From NCBI GenBank assembly GCA_016618085.1, contig JABLTG010000030.1, positions 62,001-126,000 of the forward strand: DNA of 64,000 bases, read 5' to 3'. The translations under genes and the position numbers were made by a program. The stretch comes from Neovahlkampfia damariscottae. Lineage: Eukaryota. The notes under the pieces were generated by a model. It did no database searches. It was not told where the DNA came from and saw nothing but the letters and a program-made list of their open reading frames with translations. This document shows positions 35,809 through 48,210 of this stretch, piece after piece (position 1 is the first letter of the stretch; every line of letters starts with the position of its first letter).

Positions 35809-38800
35809 TTAACAAAACATTGGATTTGGATGTTTCATTTCACATACATGATGGCATGTTGCTTGAACACAAGCAAGATATTTTGATTTATTTCTCTTTG
35901 CGTCAAGCCATTGAAACATGTTTGCTCTTGAAGATTTTTTGCAATAATGAATATTATAAGAATCAATATTTCTTTTCCAACCACCAGAAATCGTTTGAAT
36001 TTGAATACAAGATGAATTCTTTGCAATTTGAACTTTAATGCGTTGGACAATTTTTGTGTATTGAGAAATTCTTTGTTTGTCAATGATTGGTTTTGAGAAT
36101 CGATCAACCAAAGATCCAAAAAATCTTTCTCTTTCTTGTGAATGAATTAATTTCTTTGTGATATATTTGACCCTCTTATGATCAACAAATCGGTGATTTT
36201 TGAAATAATTGAGATAATATTTTGCTGTATTCATTGATTTTTTGTAGTAAGCTAATCTATCACGATAGATTCTTATTCTCTTTTTATCTCTTCCAATCTT
36301 AAAGAAATGACGATTTAATTCTTCAAATCTAGCTGCATATCTATTATAATAATTCATTTTAGGTGTATAAAGTTTAACTCTTGATGGATTTTTAGCACGA
36401 TAAGTGAAATAATGAATGATATTTGCAAGTTTTTTTGCTTCTTTTCTGTATGCAATAGCTTTGGATCTATAATATTTAACTCTTTTATGATACTTTCCAA
36501 GATGTACATAAGTGAAATAATGAACTAAATTTGCATATTTACGAACTTTTTTGGATGCTTCTTTTGCAGCTCTGGAATAAATTCTGATTCTTTCATGATC
36601 AATATTAGGTTTTTTAGTGTTTTGAAGAATAGCATACAATTGTCTAGATTTAATTTGATAATGATTGAATTTTGGTTTATATACTTTAAGTCTTGATTGA
36701 TCAATACGAGATGAAGACCAGTACTTCAAAATACTTTGATATTTTGATAATTTCAATTTGAAATGTTTGATGATTGGAATAAATCTTGCAGGTTGTTTTC
36801 CAGAACAATAATTTACATCAAAGTGTTTTTTGTTTGAATTCCAATCTCCAAGTGTTTTGCTGAAATTAACAACTTGTTTCATTTCATTCTTTTCTTTTTG
36901 TTTATTTGGACATTTCTTTGAACATGAATCAAAATTTTGTTGAACTCTCAAACAAATTTTATCATTTACACGTGTAAGACATTCACCTGAATAATGAGCA
37001 TTCTTACAAAATTCTGTAGCAGGAGCTTGTAAACATGCAAGCAATTTTGATCTTGAATCAATAACTTCTCTTATTTTTTGACCATAGAGTTTCAATCTTT
37101 CTTTATCAATTTTCTTTTGACCTAAATAATTAACAATTCCCATGTATTTATTATAAGCTTTCAATTTTTTTTGATAATTTTTGGCGAATTTTTTATAAAC
37201 ATCAATTGTCTTTGATCTTTTGGAGAATAATTTGAGTAAATGTTTTGATTGATTCATTGATTTTGTGTAGTAAGCTAATCTATCACGATAGATTCTTATT
37301 CTCTTTTTATCTCTTCCAATCTTAAAGAAATGACGATTTAATTCTTCAAATCTAGCTGCATATCTATTATAATAATTCATTTTAGGTGTATAAAGTTTAA
37401 CTCTTGATGGATTTTTAGCACGATAAGTGAAATAATGAATGATATTTGCAAGTTTTTTTGCTTCTTTTCTGTATGCAATAGCTTTGGATCTATAATATTT
37501 AACTCTTTTATGATACTTTCCAAGATGTACATAAGTGAAATAATGAACTAAATTTGCATATTTACGAACTTTTTTGGATGNNNNNNNNNNNNNNNNNNNN
37601 NNNNNNNNNNNNNNNNNNNNNNNNNNNNNNNNNNNNNNNNNNNNNNNNNNNNNNNNNNNNNNNNNNNNNNNNNNNNNNNNTTTTTTGCTTCTTTTCTGTA
37701 TGCAATAGCTTTGGATCTATAATATTTAACTCTTTTATGATACTTTCCAAGATGTACATAAGTGAAATAATGAACTAAATTTGCATATTTACGAACTTTT
37801 TTGGATGATTCTTTTGCAGCTCTGGAATAAATTCTGATTCTTTCATGATCAATAATTCCATTGTTAAATTTGTATGTATCTCTTTTTGTTGGTTTGATTT
37901 TCTTTGCTTCTTTTTTCCAATAAGCCAATTTCTTTGGATAAAGGATTCTTGGAGTTGAGAAATGAGCAATAATAGCTTTGTAAAGACCAAGTTTTTTCTT
38001 GATTCCATTGAGAATAGAACTTGGATGAGCAAGTTTTCTTTTGTTAGCAATACAGTATCTACTATTATATTTTTGAGAATTATTTTTCCATCCTCCATGG
38101 AGGTTTACAAATCTCCTTGTCAAAGAATGATGATTTCTTAAACAACGTCTGTATGGAATATTTTGATGTTCACACTTACAGCTGTCATTACAAGCATCTA
38201 CAGATTTTGTTTTTCTGCAACGAATAAAACAAGTTTGTCTTTTGCATGTAACTTCCCTTTCTTTCTTTTTCAATTTGCAAACAGGTGTTGGTGTTGATGT
38301 TCTCATACAGGCAGAAAATTTCTTTCTCAACATGAGATTACGACATCCACACTGATGATCACAATATGTTTGTGAATGTCGACCTTCACAGTCATAACGA
38401 CATTTTACTTCCCAACCACATTGGAATTGAAGACCCAGATTAAAAGAAGATTTACACACGCTTACTGAAATGCGATATTGCCATGTTTTAAGTTTTGGAA
38501 TACGTGTTCTTTTATAGAAATCAATGATAGCAGCAAATTTTCTAATGTTAGCATTATTATTGGTCAATTGAGCTTGGAAATAGTCTCTTTGATACATTTT
38601 GAAATCATCAAGAATCTCAGGTGCTCCTTTCATTTTTCTTAAAGCATTTTCTTTGCAATACTTCAATTTATCTTTTTGCATTTGAACACATCCACCAGGA
38701 GCTGAAAAACATGCTTGTCTACAAATGGATGGGTTTGTTCCAGGTCTGACTAAACATTTGAATAAACAAATTTTGAATGGTTTAACAGCACATTTCAATT

Positions 38801-41800
38801 GTTGATTGTATAATGTTTTTTTGCATGGTGTGAAATCGTTAACTTTGTTTTCCACAAGTCCATCAACACATTTTTTGAATTCATGAACAATCTTCTTTTT
38901 CTTGAATGCAGAACATTTTTTTTTCTTTTTCTTTTTCTTTTTTGATTTTTTTCTTTTTTTTTTAGATTTTCTCTTTCTTCTTCTTCTTCTTCTTTTTTGT
39001 TTTTTTCTTCTTTTTCCACCTCTACTTTTACGTTTTCCATTTCCTCCACGTTTCCCAGCTTTACCCATTTTTCCACCTTTTCCTTTTCTACCACCTTTTC
39101 CTTTGCTTCCTGATGGTTTTTTAATTCTTTTTTTTTTTGGCATTTTCTTATTGAGTTTACTCAATAATTTATGAACTAATTTAATCCATTTCTTTTGTGT
39201 GGCTTTAAGAGAAACTAAATTGAATAAAAGATTATTTCCAAGAGCAATGTTTGTTATAGTTATATCAGATTCTTCAACTCCTTCATCAGGATCAAAATCA
39301 TCTTTATCTTCTTCTTCCATACATTTCATTGCCAAAACTGTTGAACCAATCGGAATCTGTTTACTATACAAAATATGTTCAATCCGATGAACAAGAATAT
39401 CAATGAATACTTTGAGATTAAATGCAAGTGGATTTGGTTGTAATGATATTTGAGAACATCTGTTACATTTTGTGTGAGCAAGAACTGATGGCATGCTATA
39501 TCCAGTTGTTAATTCACCTTCAATACCACCTGATAAAATAGGTACACCAATTGCAGCACTAATTGTTGGACCAACAGAAAATTCTGGTTCAACTGACAAT
39601 GAATAAACATGAGATTCTTCACATAAAGCAAAAGAATACATGAGTGTGAAACTTCCTGTCACTCCAAATCCAAATTGAATTGGAACTAAAAAAAAAACTT
39701 TAGAAATATTTTCAATTATTACTTGGACCAGCCATGAGATTCATTTGAATTGAAAAAAAGTCAAAATTTTGATCAATCATATTGAAAAGCAATTTCTTGC
39801 AAACAGCAAAGTTTTTCATTGAATCAGGAACGAGAGGAAGATCCCAAAGATGTACTTTACCAACAATTGAAAGTCTAAAATTATCTTGAACAGCTTTGCT
39901 TCCAGAATATTTTGTATTGATATTGATGTAGGCATCTCCTGTGATCAAATCATATCTCTTTGACATGATTCCAATTTTCATTCCAATTCTATGAACAGCT
40001 GTGAATTTAAGATTTGTATCAGAACATTCTGCTTCTTGTTGTGATGATGTGAATCCAATGATACCAAAGTATAAATAAAGCACTCTAATTCCGAATACTT
40101 TTTCTTGAACAACATTGTCTGATGATTCGAAATTTTTGAGGTCAAATCTTCTTGCAACAGATCCCATAAATGACATTGCTTGAGGATTGTGTGCACAAAT
40201 TTCATTCTTTGCACTTGTACGTATACACAATTTTTTGACATCTGAGAGTTTGGCAGCAGAAGCATATTTTTCTTTCAAATCTTTGAACAATTTTTTAGCT
40301 TTTTCATATGCTCCAGTGAATGCTTTTTTGACAGCTTTATAAGCAGATTTGATTCCTTTGTAAACGAATTTAGTTCCTTTGACAAGTGCACCGTCAACAG
40401 CACTAATAGTTTCATCAACTTTTGAAACAACTGCTTTTGCCCATTTTTTTGCAGGATTTGGTAAAGTATTGACCACAGGATTAATGACATATTTCTGAGT
40501 CAATTTGGACACTACATCGAAAAATCCTAAAGTACCAACATCAGCTTCTTCATGGTAATGTGTAATTGCATGTAAAACTGAATGTGATGTTTCAGGATTC
40601 TTTGATAATTTGTGAAACTCTAAAATGGAATCTCCTGCACCAGTTTCTCTTTCACGTTTAGTTTGAGCAATGATAGCAGCTGTTTTGACTTCTTCATGAG
40701 CATCAGAATTTAAAATTGAATGAATAAATTCTGTTGTTTCTCCAGCATCATCTGAAATACGATGTTGTAATGCATGAGTTGCATCAATTCTTGAATCTAA
40801 AGGCATATGTTCAGAAACGATAACTTTTTGGAGAATATCCAAAGGTACAGCTTCTCCAGCGTTTGCAAGAGCTTTAATATGATAACCAAATGTTTTAGCG
40901 TCATTTGATTGTGTCATTTTTGAAACAACATGAGCTACCATATACGGAACAAGTGAATGATTTTCAGCTTTTGATGCTGCATGAGCAAATAAAAGATAAG
41001 CTTGATGCGCAAGTACTTTTGAAGTTTTTGATTCTGAAACAGCATGGAGAGCATGAATAATATCATCTGAAGCTGTTTTCATTGATAAAACTGTTGTCAT
41101 TGCAGATTGGGATAATTGTGGACGAGACATGTGATCAAGAATCATATTTTCTGCTTCTTTTGTTCCAGTAGCAACAAGAAGTGTATGTAAAACTTTTTGA
41201 AATCTTAAATTTTTTGTTTCTCCAGCTTTTTTGCAAGAAACCTTTAATTCTGGAAGAGCTTTTTCTTTTACAGCTTTTGTGTATTCTAGAGCCTTGTTAT
41301 ATGTTGAAAGATCTTTTGTATTTTCACTTAATTTGTTCAATAAAAGTGGAAAGTTTGTTTCTTTGAGTACTTTTTCAAGATGCATGTACATTGCATAATT
41401 TTTTGAAGTTTCACTCATTTCCAATGTTTCTACTTCTGAGTTGATTGAAGTAGCAAAATGATGAATATCAGTGATAGTGCTTAAAGTATTTGTTCTTTCT
41501 TGATGTTTTTTTTTGTGTTTGTAATGTTTTTTTCTGAATTTAATTTCCAAACTGGAAGCAACACGTTGTAATTTTTTTGCTCTTTTGTTATTATCTATAT
41601 CAGGTTTGGAGTTTTGAACTGTTGAAGAAACTTGGAATTCATCATATTCAGCATTTCCTTCTGTTTTTCCACCTACAACTGAAACGTATCTTGTTTAAAA
41701 AAAATTGAATAAAAAAAAAACTCAAACCTTTGTTCAACTTTTTCAAATCTGCCGTTCTTATATGTAGCTGTAGTTTTTTGATGGAATCTAATTTCTTTGT

Positions 41801-42371
41801 GTCTTTTTATACCTCTGATTTTAACTAAATCCTTTGTTCTGACATTTCTAATAACTTTAAATAAACCTTGTGGTGTTTTTTGATATCTATAATGGGCACG
41901 AACAACACCTTCTGGAGCTTTTTCAACACGAACTTTTTTTGGACCAATCAATTTCATTTGGAATAATGAAGCAACAGTTTTTCTGATGTTGTAAAACATG
42001 ACAGCATCTTTATCACCTTTCTTTGGTGGAACATGATTAACAAAGTAATCCACACGTCCTGTCTTTGATAAAGTAAAAACTGAAAAGTGATGATAATTTC
42101 CTTTGATAATTCTAGGAGTACTTGTTCCTTGTTTTGTTTTTTGTTTGATTATTGCACTTGGAATGGAAATGAAGTAATATTCTTTTCCTTTGCTTTCAAC
42201 GCATTGAATTTCCATTTGACTTTCAACTAATAAGTATTCACCTCTCGTTGATCCAAATGCGGCCACACGTGAAACCATGTTGTACTGAAGAGAAACATCC
42301 TTCAAACATCTAAGATGTTGAGCTTCAGTCCAAAACAACAAGATAAGAAACAGTATGTGAGTCAACTTCAT
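35809..42371 (-). CDS. Very large (~2,100 aa) secreted protein: vitellogenin-N/LLTP-like region, poly-basic linker, Cys-rich modules and basic Tyr-rich repeats; spans an assembly gap
   Basis: Signal peptide MKLTHILFLILLFWTEA. Introns ~41691-41727 and ~39686-39722 join four ORFs. Helical domain motifs IKALANAG and RIDATHAL resemble the LLTP alpha-helical domain. Confidence 0.68.
36231..37853. repeat. Near-identical ~370-nt intragenic direct repeat (at least 2 copies)
   Basis: 36231-36603 recurs at 37254-37580 and partly at 37681-37853. It encodes IDHERIRIYSRAAKE..AYYKKSMN. Confidence 0.9.
37581..37680. other. 100-N scaffold gap inside the repeat
   Basis: Run of N. The flanks share ~127 nt of identical sequence (~37453-37580 vs 37681-37807). 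Confidence 0.98.
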
Positions 42372-42506
42372 TTTCCTGTGAACGAGTATAATTGGTCAAT
42401 GATGTTGTCCAATCAAATGACAACCATTCATCCAATGGGATTGTTCAAACAGTCAAATAGGAAATCCTGCATTTAGACCGAACTATAGTTTTCCAACAAA
42501 TACCAT

Positions 42507-43862
42507 TTATTTTGATTTTTTTGATTTTCTTGGAGACATTATTGTTTCATTGTAATCATTTATGCATCCATTGATACTTTTTATCCATGAATTGCAACTT
42601 TCTTTCGTCTTACAACTAAATTCTAAAGTTCCACTTGAATAAACAACATAAAATGAATCCACTTCAAAAATTAGTTTTTTCATTTCGCTCACCATAACGA
42701 TCTTTTGGTACTTCACCAACTGATAAAATTGATTTCATGTCAATTTGTTTCGTTGTTTTAACTCCAAGACTTGATTGTTTTCTGACAAAAACTAACAGGT
42801 CATTGAACAGAAATAATTGAATCGGATATTTTTTTGACGAATCACATTGTTGTACTGTGTCATCTTCTTTGATAAATTTTCGTGATGGTTGAATCAAATT
42901 CTAACAGAGTTAATTTGAATGATATTTTTACTTTAAATGATGGAATAGAATGAGTTAATTCAATCATTCTTGTCATTTGTTCATATTCTGTTTGTTTATC
43001 ATTACAATAAATAGCTACTTCTGATACTTCTTCAATGGCAACTTTTAATTTTTGTTTTGCGGAATTGTTGTGAATTCTTTTATATAAATCATCCAACAAC
43101 ATTTTATATCTCATTAATCTTTGGATTGGTAAAATCAATAATGAAGAAATTTCAACAATTCTTCTTCCAGTCAATGTTTTGGAAATTTCTTTTAAAAAAC
43201 TAGTAAGTTTTATATTTGTTTTTGATTCATTTCTTAAAAAAAGTGCTGATTTCTCGTAGTTCGAAATGTAACCTATTTTGGATTTGTAAAAAAAAAAATC
43301 TTGTTATACTTGTATAAAGTCTAAAACTTTTTGAAAATTTGGAAATCATTTCAGCCATTTTTTCTTCTTTATGTGGGTGTTTCAATGCTTCTTTTAAATT
43401 CTTTAAAAATAGCACATTCACTCCGTAAACCACATCTATGTTTCCGAACAAAGTTGATTGTTGACTTTCTGTTAGAATATTCTTTTCTTTGATTGGTTTT
43501 TTAAAATTTTCAATAAGAGTTGTTAAATGATCAACATAATCCTCTTCTGTTTGTAAAATTTCTTCTAAAATATTATCTTTCTTTTTTTCATTTTCAAGTT
43601 CTTTTTCTGTCAATTCAGGAGTTATTTCAGCTATTCTAGTCATATTTTCATCATCATGTACTTCAATAACTCTTTGTTCTTTTGAGATTTTCACATCTGA
43701 TTTTTTTTTTATTTCTTCTCTTTCCAAAAAAAATTTGTATTTCCAATATTTAACTTTGTACAATTCTTCAAATGGTTGTGTACAACATGAAGTCATGTAT
43801 AAGAAGAAAATAGTGAAAACAACAACACCAAAGTCATGTATAACACCAAAAAGTAACGTCAT
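42507..43862 (-). CDS. Dbl-family RhoGEF (DH-PH) with hydrophobic N-terminus, 3 introns
   Basis: EEILQTEEDYVDHL, LFGNIDVVYGVN, SLLILPIQRLMRYKMLLDDL; PH domain LFLFNDLLVF..CNSWIKSI. Confidence 0.9.
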
Positions 43863-43892
43863 TGGTGTATTTTTTTTAGCGAATCAGAGTTA

Positions 43893-46147
43893 ATGATTCA
43901 AACAGAAATACTTGAGTGCACCATTGGTAACCTATTTTTAAACTGTTAATTTTGTTTAGAGGTTTGTTGCTTTTTCTTTCATGGATTTGACATTAAAGCA
44001 AAAACACAAGTAGATATTTCTAAAGTTGTTTTCAAGATTGTTGAAAAACAATTTAACATTAAAAAGACTGACCTTGTGTATGATTTTGAGCTAGATATTC
44101 CATCACTTTGTTTTCAAGTCACAAAAATCATTGGTGAAGGTGTACTAACAAAAAATACAAAATACAACTTCGTGAATACCCAACCTGAGATTATGAAATT
44201 TATAAATTTCCCACTTGCATTGTCAAAAGACGCAGAAAAAAGATATTTTAAAATTGCTTCAGAACCAACTTTTGAATTCAGTTATGAATTATTCATTCCT
44301 CAAAATGAAAATATGTCAAGAAAGAATAAACAACTGGACCAAATTAAATTATCCATTTTTGATAAGTTTTTAAAACCTTCAGAATGTTCAAATTTAATTC
44401 AACATGCAAATTCTGCTGGTTTTTCAGCAATAGACAAAGAATATCCAAAGAATTACAGAAACAACAAAAGATTGGTTTCATATGCAACTATAACAAGTCA
44501 AACCTTATGGACAAGACTTCAAAATTTATTAAAAGAAAATGAATTTGATAAAATAACCCCATTTGGATATGGTCATGAAGGAATTTGGAGACCAATAGGA
44601 TTGAATCCTTGTTTTAAATTTTCTGTTTACGAAGAAGGTGATTTTTTTGCTCCTCATTTTGATGGGATTTATATTCCCTTTGAAAACCAAACTTCAATTA
44701 TGACTTTGATGATTTACTTGAATGACGACTTTGAAGGAGGAAATACTATTTTTCATTCTGAGAAAAATCAAACTTTGAAGATTGAAAAGTCAATTGGAAA
44801 AGCTATTTTATTCAACCATGATATATTACATGAAGGTGAAAAAGTTACAAAAGGAAAGAAATATATCCTTAGAACAGGTAAATTAATTGTTTTCTTTTTT
44901 CAATTTTTAGAAATTATGTTTCAAAGAACTAATGAATTTCAAATTCCAAAAAAAATTAAAAATGCATATTTTTATGATGAAAATTTCAGAATTGCTCAGA
45001 ATTTATACAACAAAGCTGAAGAATATGAAAAAATTGAAGATCCTGAAAATTATACAAAAACTTATTTAGATGCTTTAAAAATTCATTTAGAGCATCATAA
45101 ATCATTTGAAATTGATGAAAATGATCAATTTGTTCAAGATGATTGTTTGATTTATATATTTTCATTCCTCAATTCAAATGAATTAGCATCAATGATGACA
45201 GTTTCTCATACATGGAATTTATTCGCTCAAAATCCAAAACTTTGGAAATATGCATTCAACAAAAAATGGCCAAATATTTTAAAACACAAAAATGAAAAAT
45301 TTATTGATTGGTTTGGAATGTATCGACAACAAAAATGTTTAGATTTAAATTATTCACCATCAATCATCAGAATTGGTACAAGAACAACATCTATTCTTAT
45401 TAATGGACATATTGAAAGAGAACTCTCTTTGATCAATCATGCACCTCATTTTAGTGGTATGATGAAAAAAATATTAATTTTGTAGTTTCATGGTACAGAA
45501 CTCCTGATTCAGAAAAATTCATCATTGGGAAGGGTTGTCTTTATATTCAATCATCAAAACATTGTTTTCTCAATTTGGATGTATTTCTTAAATTAATCAC
45601 CGCTCATTACTATTCAAGAGGACCTTTATTGATTCTAGAACCTCCACAAGGATTTAATTCTGAAATTAGAAAAATGGCAAGAAAATCAGTTTCTGAAATT
45701 GGAGTTGCTTTTTCAAATGTGGCAGTACTAGCTTTGGATTATTACAATATAAAAAAAGGATTGTATTTACATCTGTCACCTGGAGAACATTCCGTTTCGT
45801 ATGTAGAAAATAGGAAAATAATTGAAATAATGAAAATTGAACATCAAGAAACTTATCCAACAATTAAAATTGTTACTGTAGTCGGAGAATTTCCAGATTT
45901 TTCAGTTCCTGATGCTATGAATGTAACTAAAGTGTTGGATAAATGATTTCTAAATATGATTCAAAAAAAGAATTGAAAATTGTTTTGTCAGTTGAATGTG
46001 ATGATAAAAATCAATTGGAGGATGAAATTCTTTCATGGAAATTAAAATTGAAAAATTATTCATTAATTTGTGACACCAAATCATTATTTTTATTCAGCTG
46101 AAGAATTATCGTCATCAAAAGATTTCTCACTTTTGTTCAATGAATAA
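43893..46147 (+). CDS. 2OG-Fe(II) oxygenase (prolyl-4-hydroxylase-like) + F-box + degenerate actin-like domain; 3' end uncertain
   Basis: FFAPHFDG..YLNDDFEGGNT..HEGEKVTKGKKYILRT. F-box QDDCLIYIFSFL..WNLFAQNPKLWK. Actin-like GPLLILEPP and AVLALDYYNIKKGLYL. Stop at 45946 unless two 1-nt indels are corrected. Confidence 0.72.
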
Positions 46148-46334
46148 ACATTATTTAAACTATCAAATCAGGTTTTCAATCAATTGAACAAATTTTGGAA
46201 AATAAAAAAATATCAACTTCAATTTGGAGACTGCAACACTTTTTTCGGTTGACCAATGGGAAAATTATCCAACCAAAAGATATTTACAAAAAAGATCCAA
46301 TTAGAGTATATTTTCAACTTCAAACCAAGATCAA

Positions 46335-47153
46335 ATGAGAAACATCACTTATGTTGGGATAATTATATTTTGTCATGGATTGTATCACCTCACCAGATTC
46401 GCTTTTAATTTTGAACATGTTACTACTACTGTACTAATATACCTCATCAACTTCGAACTCTTTTACTGGGTACCAGCTATCATTTTTGAAGTGATGGATA
46501 GAGGAGGAGTTTCAAATGAATTCAAATTAAAATACAAACTCAAAGAAATACCCACCAAAATAACTACTTTAGAAATGATGGTTTATTCTGTTTTAAATCA
46601 TTTACTCCAACACCTTTTTATAATTTCATTGATTTATTTACTCTTGGGAAGTTTCAATGACACTTCGATTTCAACATTATTTTGGTTGTTGGTGATGTAT
46701 TTTGTTCATGATTTCATTTTTTTTGTTGGTCATTTTTTAATGCATAAATGGACCTGGTTGTATAAAAAAATCCATAAATTGCATCATTTGACATACGCAA
46801 CAAGAGGGATCTCAGCCCATTATATGAACTTTTTTGATTTTGTATTAGAATCAATAAGTGAACTATCAGGTGCAATTATTATTTGTTTTCCATTTAATGG
46901 AAGTCCTATTTCATTTATTTGTTTCAGTACAATCGCTGTTTTTAGTAAAATCAAATATTTATTCTTTAATTCATTATAACAAGATGGAGTTGTTGTACAT
47001 AGCGGATATGACTTACCATTGCTACCATCTCCAAAGAGACATTATATACATCATACAAAATTCAATTGTAATTATAGCATTGGTCCATGTGATACTTTAT
47101 TTTCAACAAACAAAGAATTTGAAGTTGATGAAAAAATTGACCAATTAAAATAA
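46335..47153 (+). CDS. Fatty acid hydroxylase / sterol desaturase (C-4 methyl oxidase-like) family, 1 intron
   Basis: Histidine boxes HFLMH, HKLHH, HSGYD and HYIHH, plus TM helices. Confidence 0.88.
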
Positions 47154-47205
47154 TTCGTTTTTTCATTCGATTTCCATTGGTTTATTTTCTTCAAAACAAA
47201 AACAC

Positions 47206-47673
47206 ATGAACAAATTACCAAAAATTTTTTTACGTTCAACAACTAACACAAAAACTTTATTAAATCAAACACAAAGGTTGGTTTTATCTTTTTTGTTTTT
47301 AACTTTTTTTTAGATTTTACGGAGCTCCTGCTGGTTCATTTTTAAAAAAAGAAGAAGTTACAGAAAGAGTTATTAATTTGATAAAACAACATCCACGTCT
47401 TTCAGTTGCTCCAGAAAGTAACTTTTAACAAAAAAAAAAATTAAAATTTTTAAAAGCAATTAATGGAGAATCTCATTTTGCAAATGATCTTAAATTAGAT
47501 TCACTTGACACAACAGAAGTAAAAATAATTGAAAATTACTAAAATACTTTTTTTAGATCGTTATGGAAATTGAAGACGAATTTGTTATTGAAATTCCAGA
47601 CAAAGAAGCATACAGTTTCAATACAGTTGGAGAAGTTGTTACATATGTTTCACAACATCCAATGGCAAAATAA
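47206..47673 (+). CDS. Mitochondrial acyl carrier protein (NDUFAB1/Acp1-like), 3 introns
   Basis: Presequence, then SHFANDLKLDSLDTTEIVMEIEDEFVIEIPD containing the DSL phosphopantetheine serine. Not in the ORF track. Confidence 0.92.
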
Positions 47674-47766
47674 AAAATAATTTTTTAAACTCATCATTTT
47701 TCTCTTCTTTTTTTTTCATCCAATAAAAAAACAACCTTTTTATTTCAAACAAAAAGAAAAGAGAAA

Positions 47767-48156
47767 ATGGTTGCTGAAAAGGAATTATCAATTTTACAAA
47801 TTTTAAATAAATTAAAAACAAATTATGTTGAAAATACACCAAAAAGAATTAAACTCATTGATATGTTCATTATTTATTTGGGAGTTACTGCTTTAGTATT
47901 ATTTGGTTATGTAGCTGCTGTTGGTACATTTCCATTTAACGCATTTCTTGCTGCTTTCTTTACTTCAATTTGTCTTTTAGTTCTCACAGGTAATTTAAAA
48001 AAAAAAAAATTAAAAAAAAAAAAAGTTTCTCTTAGAAAACATGTTCATCCAGATACAACAAAAGATTTCGTGGATACATCAACTGAAAAAGCATATGGTG
48101 GATATGTTGTTTGCAGTATAGTTTTATTTTTCGTCGCAACTATTTTCATGGGTTAA
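47767..48156 (+). CDS. DAD1: Oligosaccharyltransferase subunit DAD1/Ost2
   Basis: TPKRIKLIDMF, VGTFPFNAFLAAF, VSLR, FMG. The GNLKKKKLKKKK stretch is an in-frame 36-nt poly-A intron (47990-48025). Confidence 0.93.
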   Translation: MVAEKELSILQILNKLKTNYVENTPKRIKLIDMFIIYLGVTALVLFGYVAAVGTFPFNAFLAAFFTSICLLVLTGNLKKKKLKKKKVSLRKHVHPDTTKDFVDTSTEKAYGGYVVCSIVLFFVATIFMG

Positions 48157-48210
48157 TCTTTTTTAATAGAAGAAAATAAAAATAAAAAAATTTTTTATTT
48201 CAATTACAAT

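Noticed and set aside
36231..37853. Direct repeats as LTRs or a mobile element
   Set aside because: The repeats are in-frame coding units of one protein, and no transposase, integrase or reverse transcriptase is present.
43262..43309. AG|GT at the end of a RhoGEF intron as another zero-length exon
   Set aside because: The downstream GT begins coding sequence (YTSYISNYEKS, conserved DH region). AG|GT alone is not evidence of recursive splicing; the same applies at ~28821 and ~29085.
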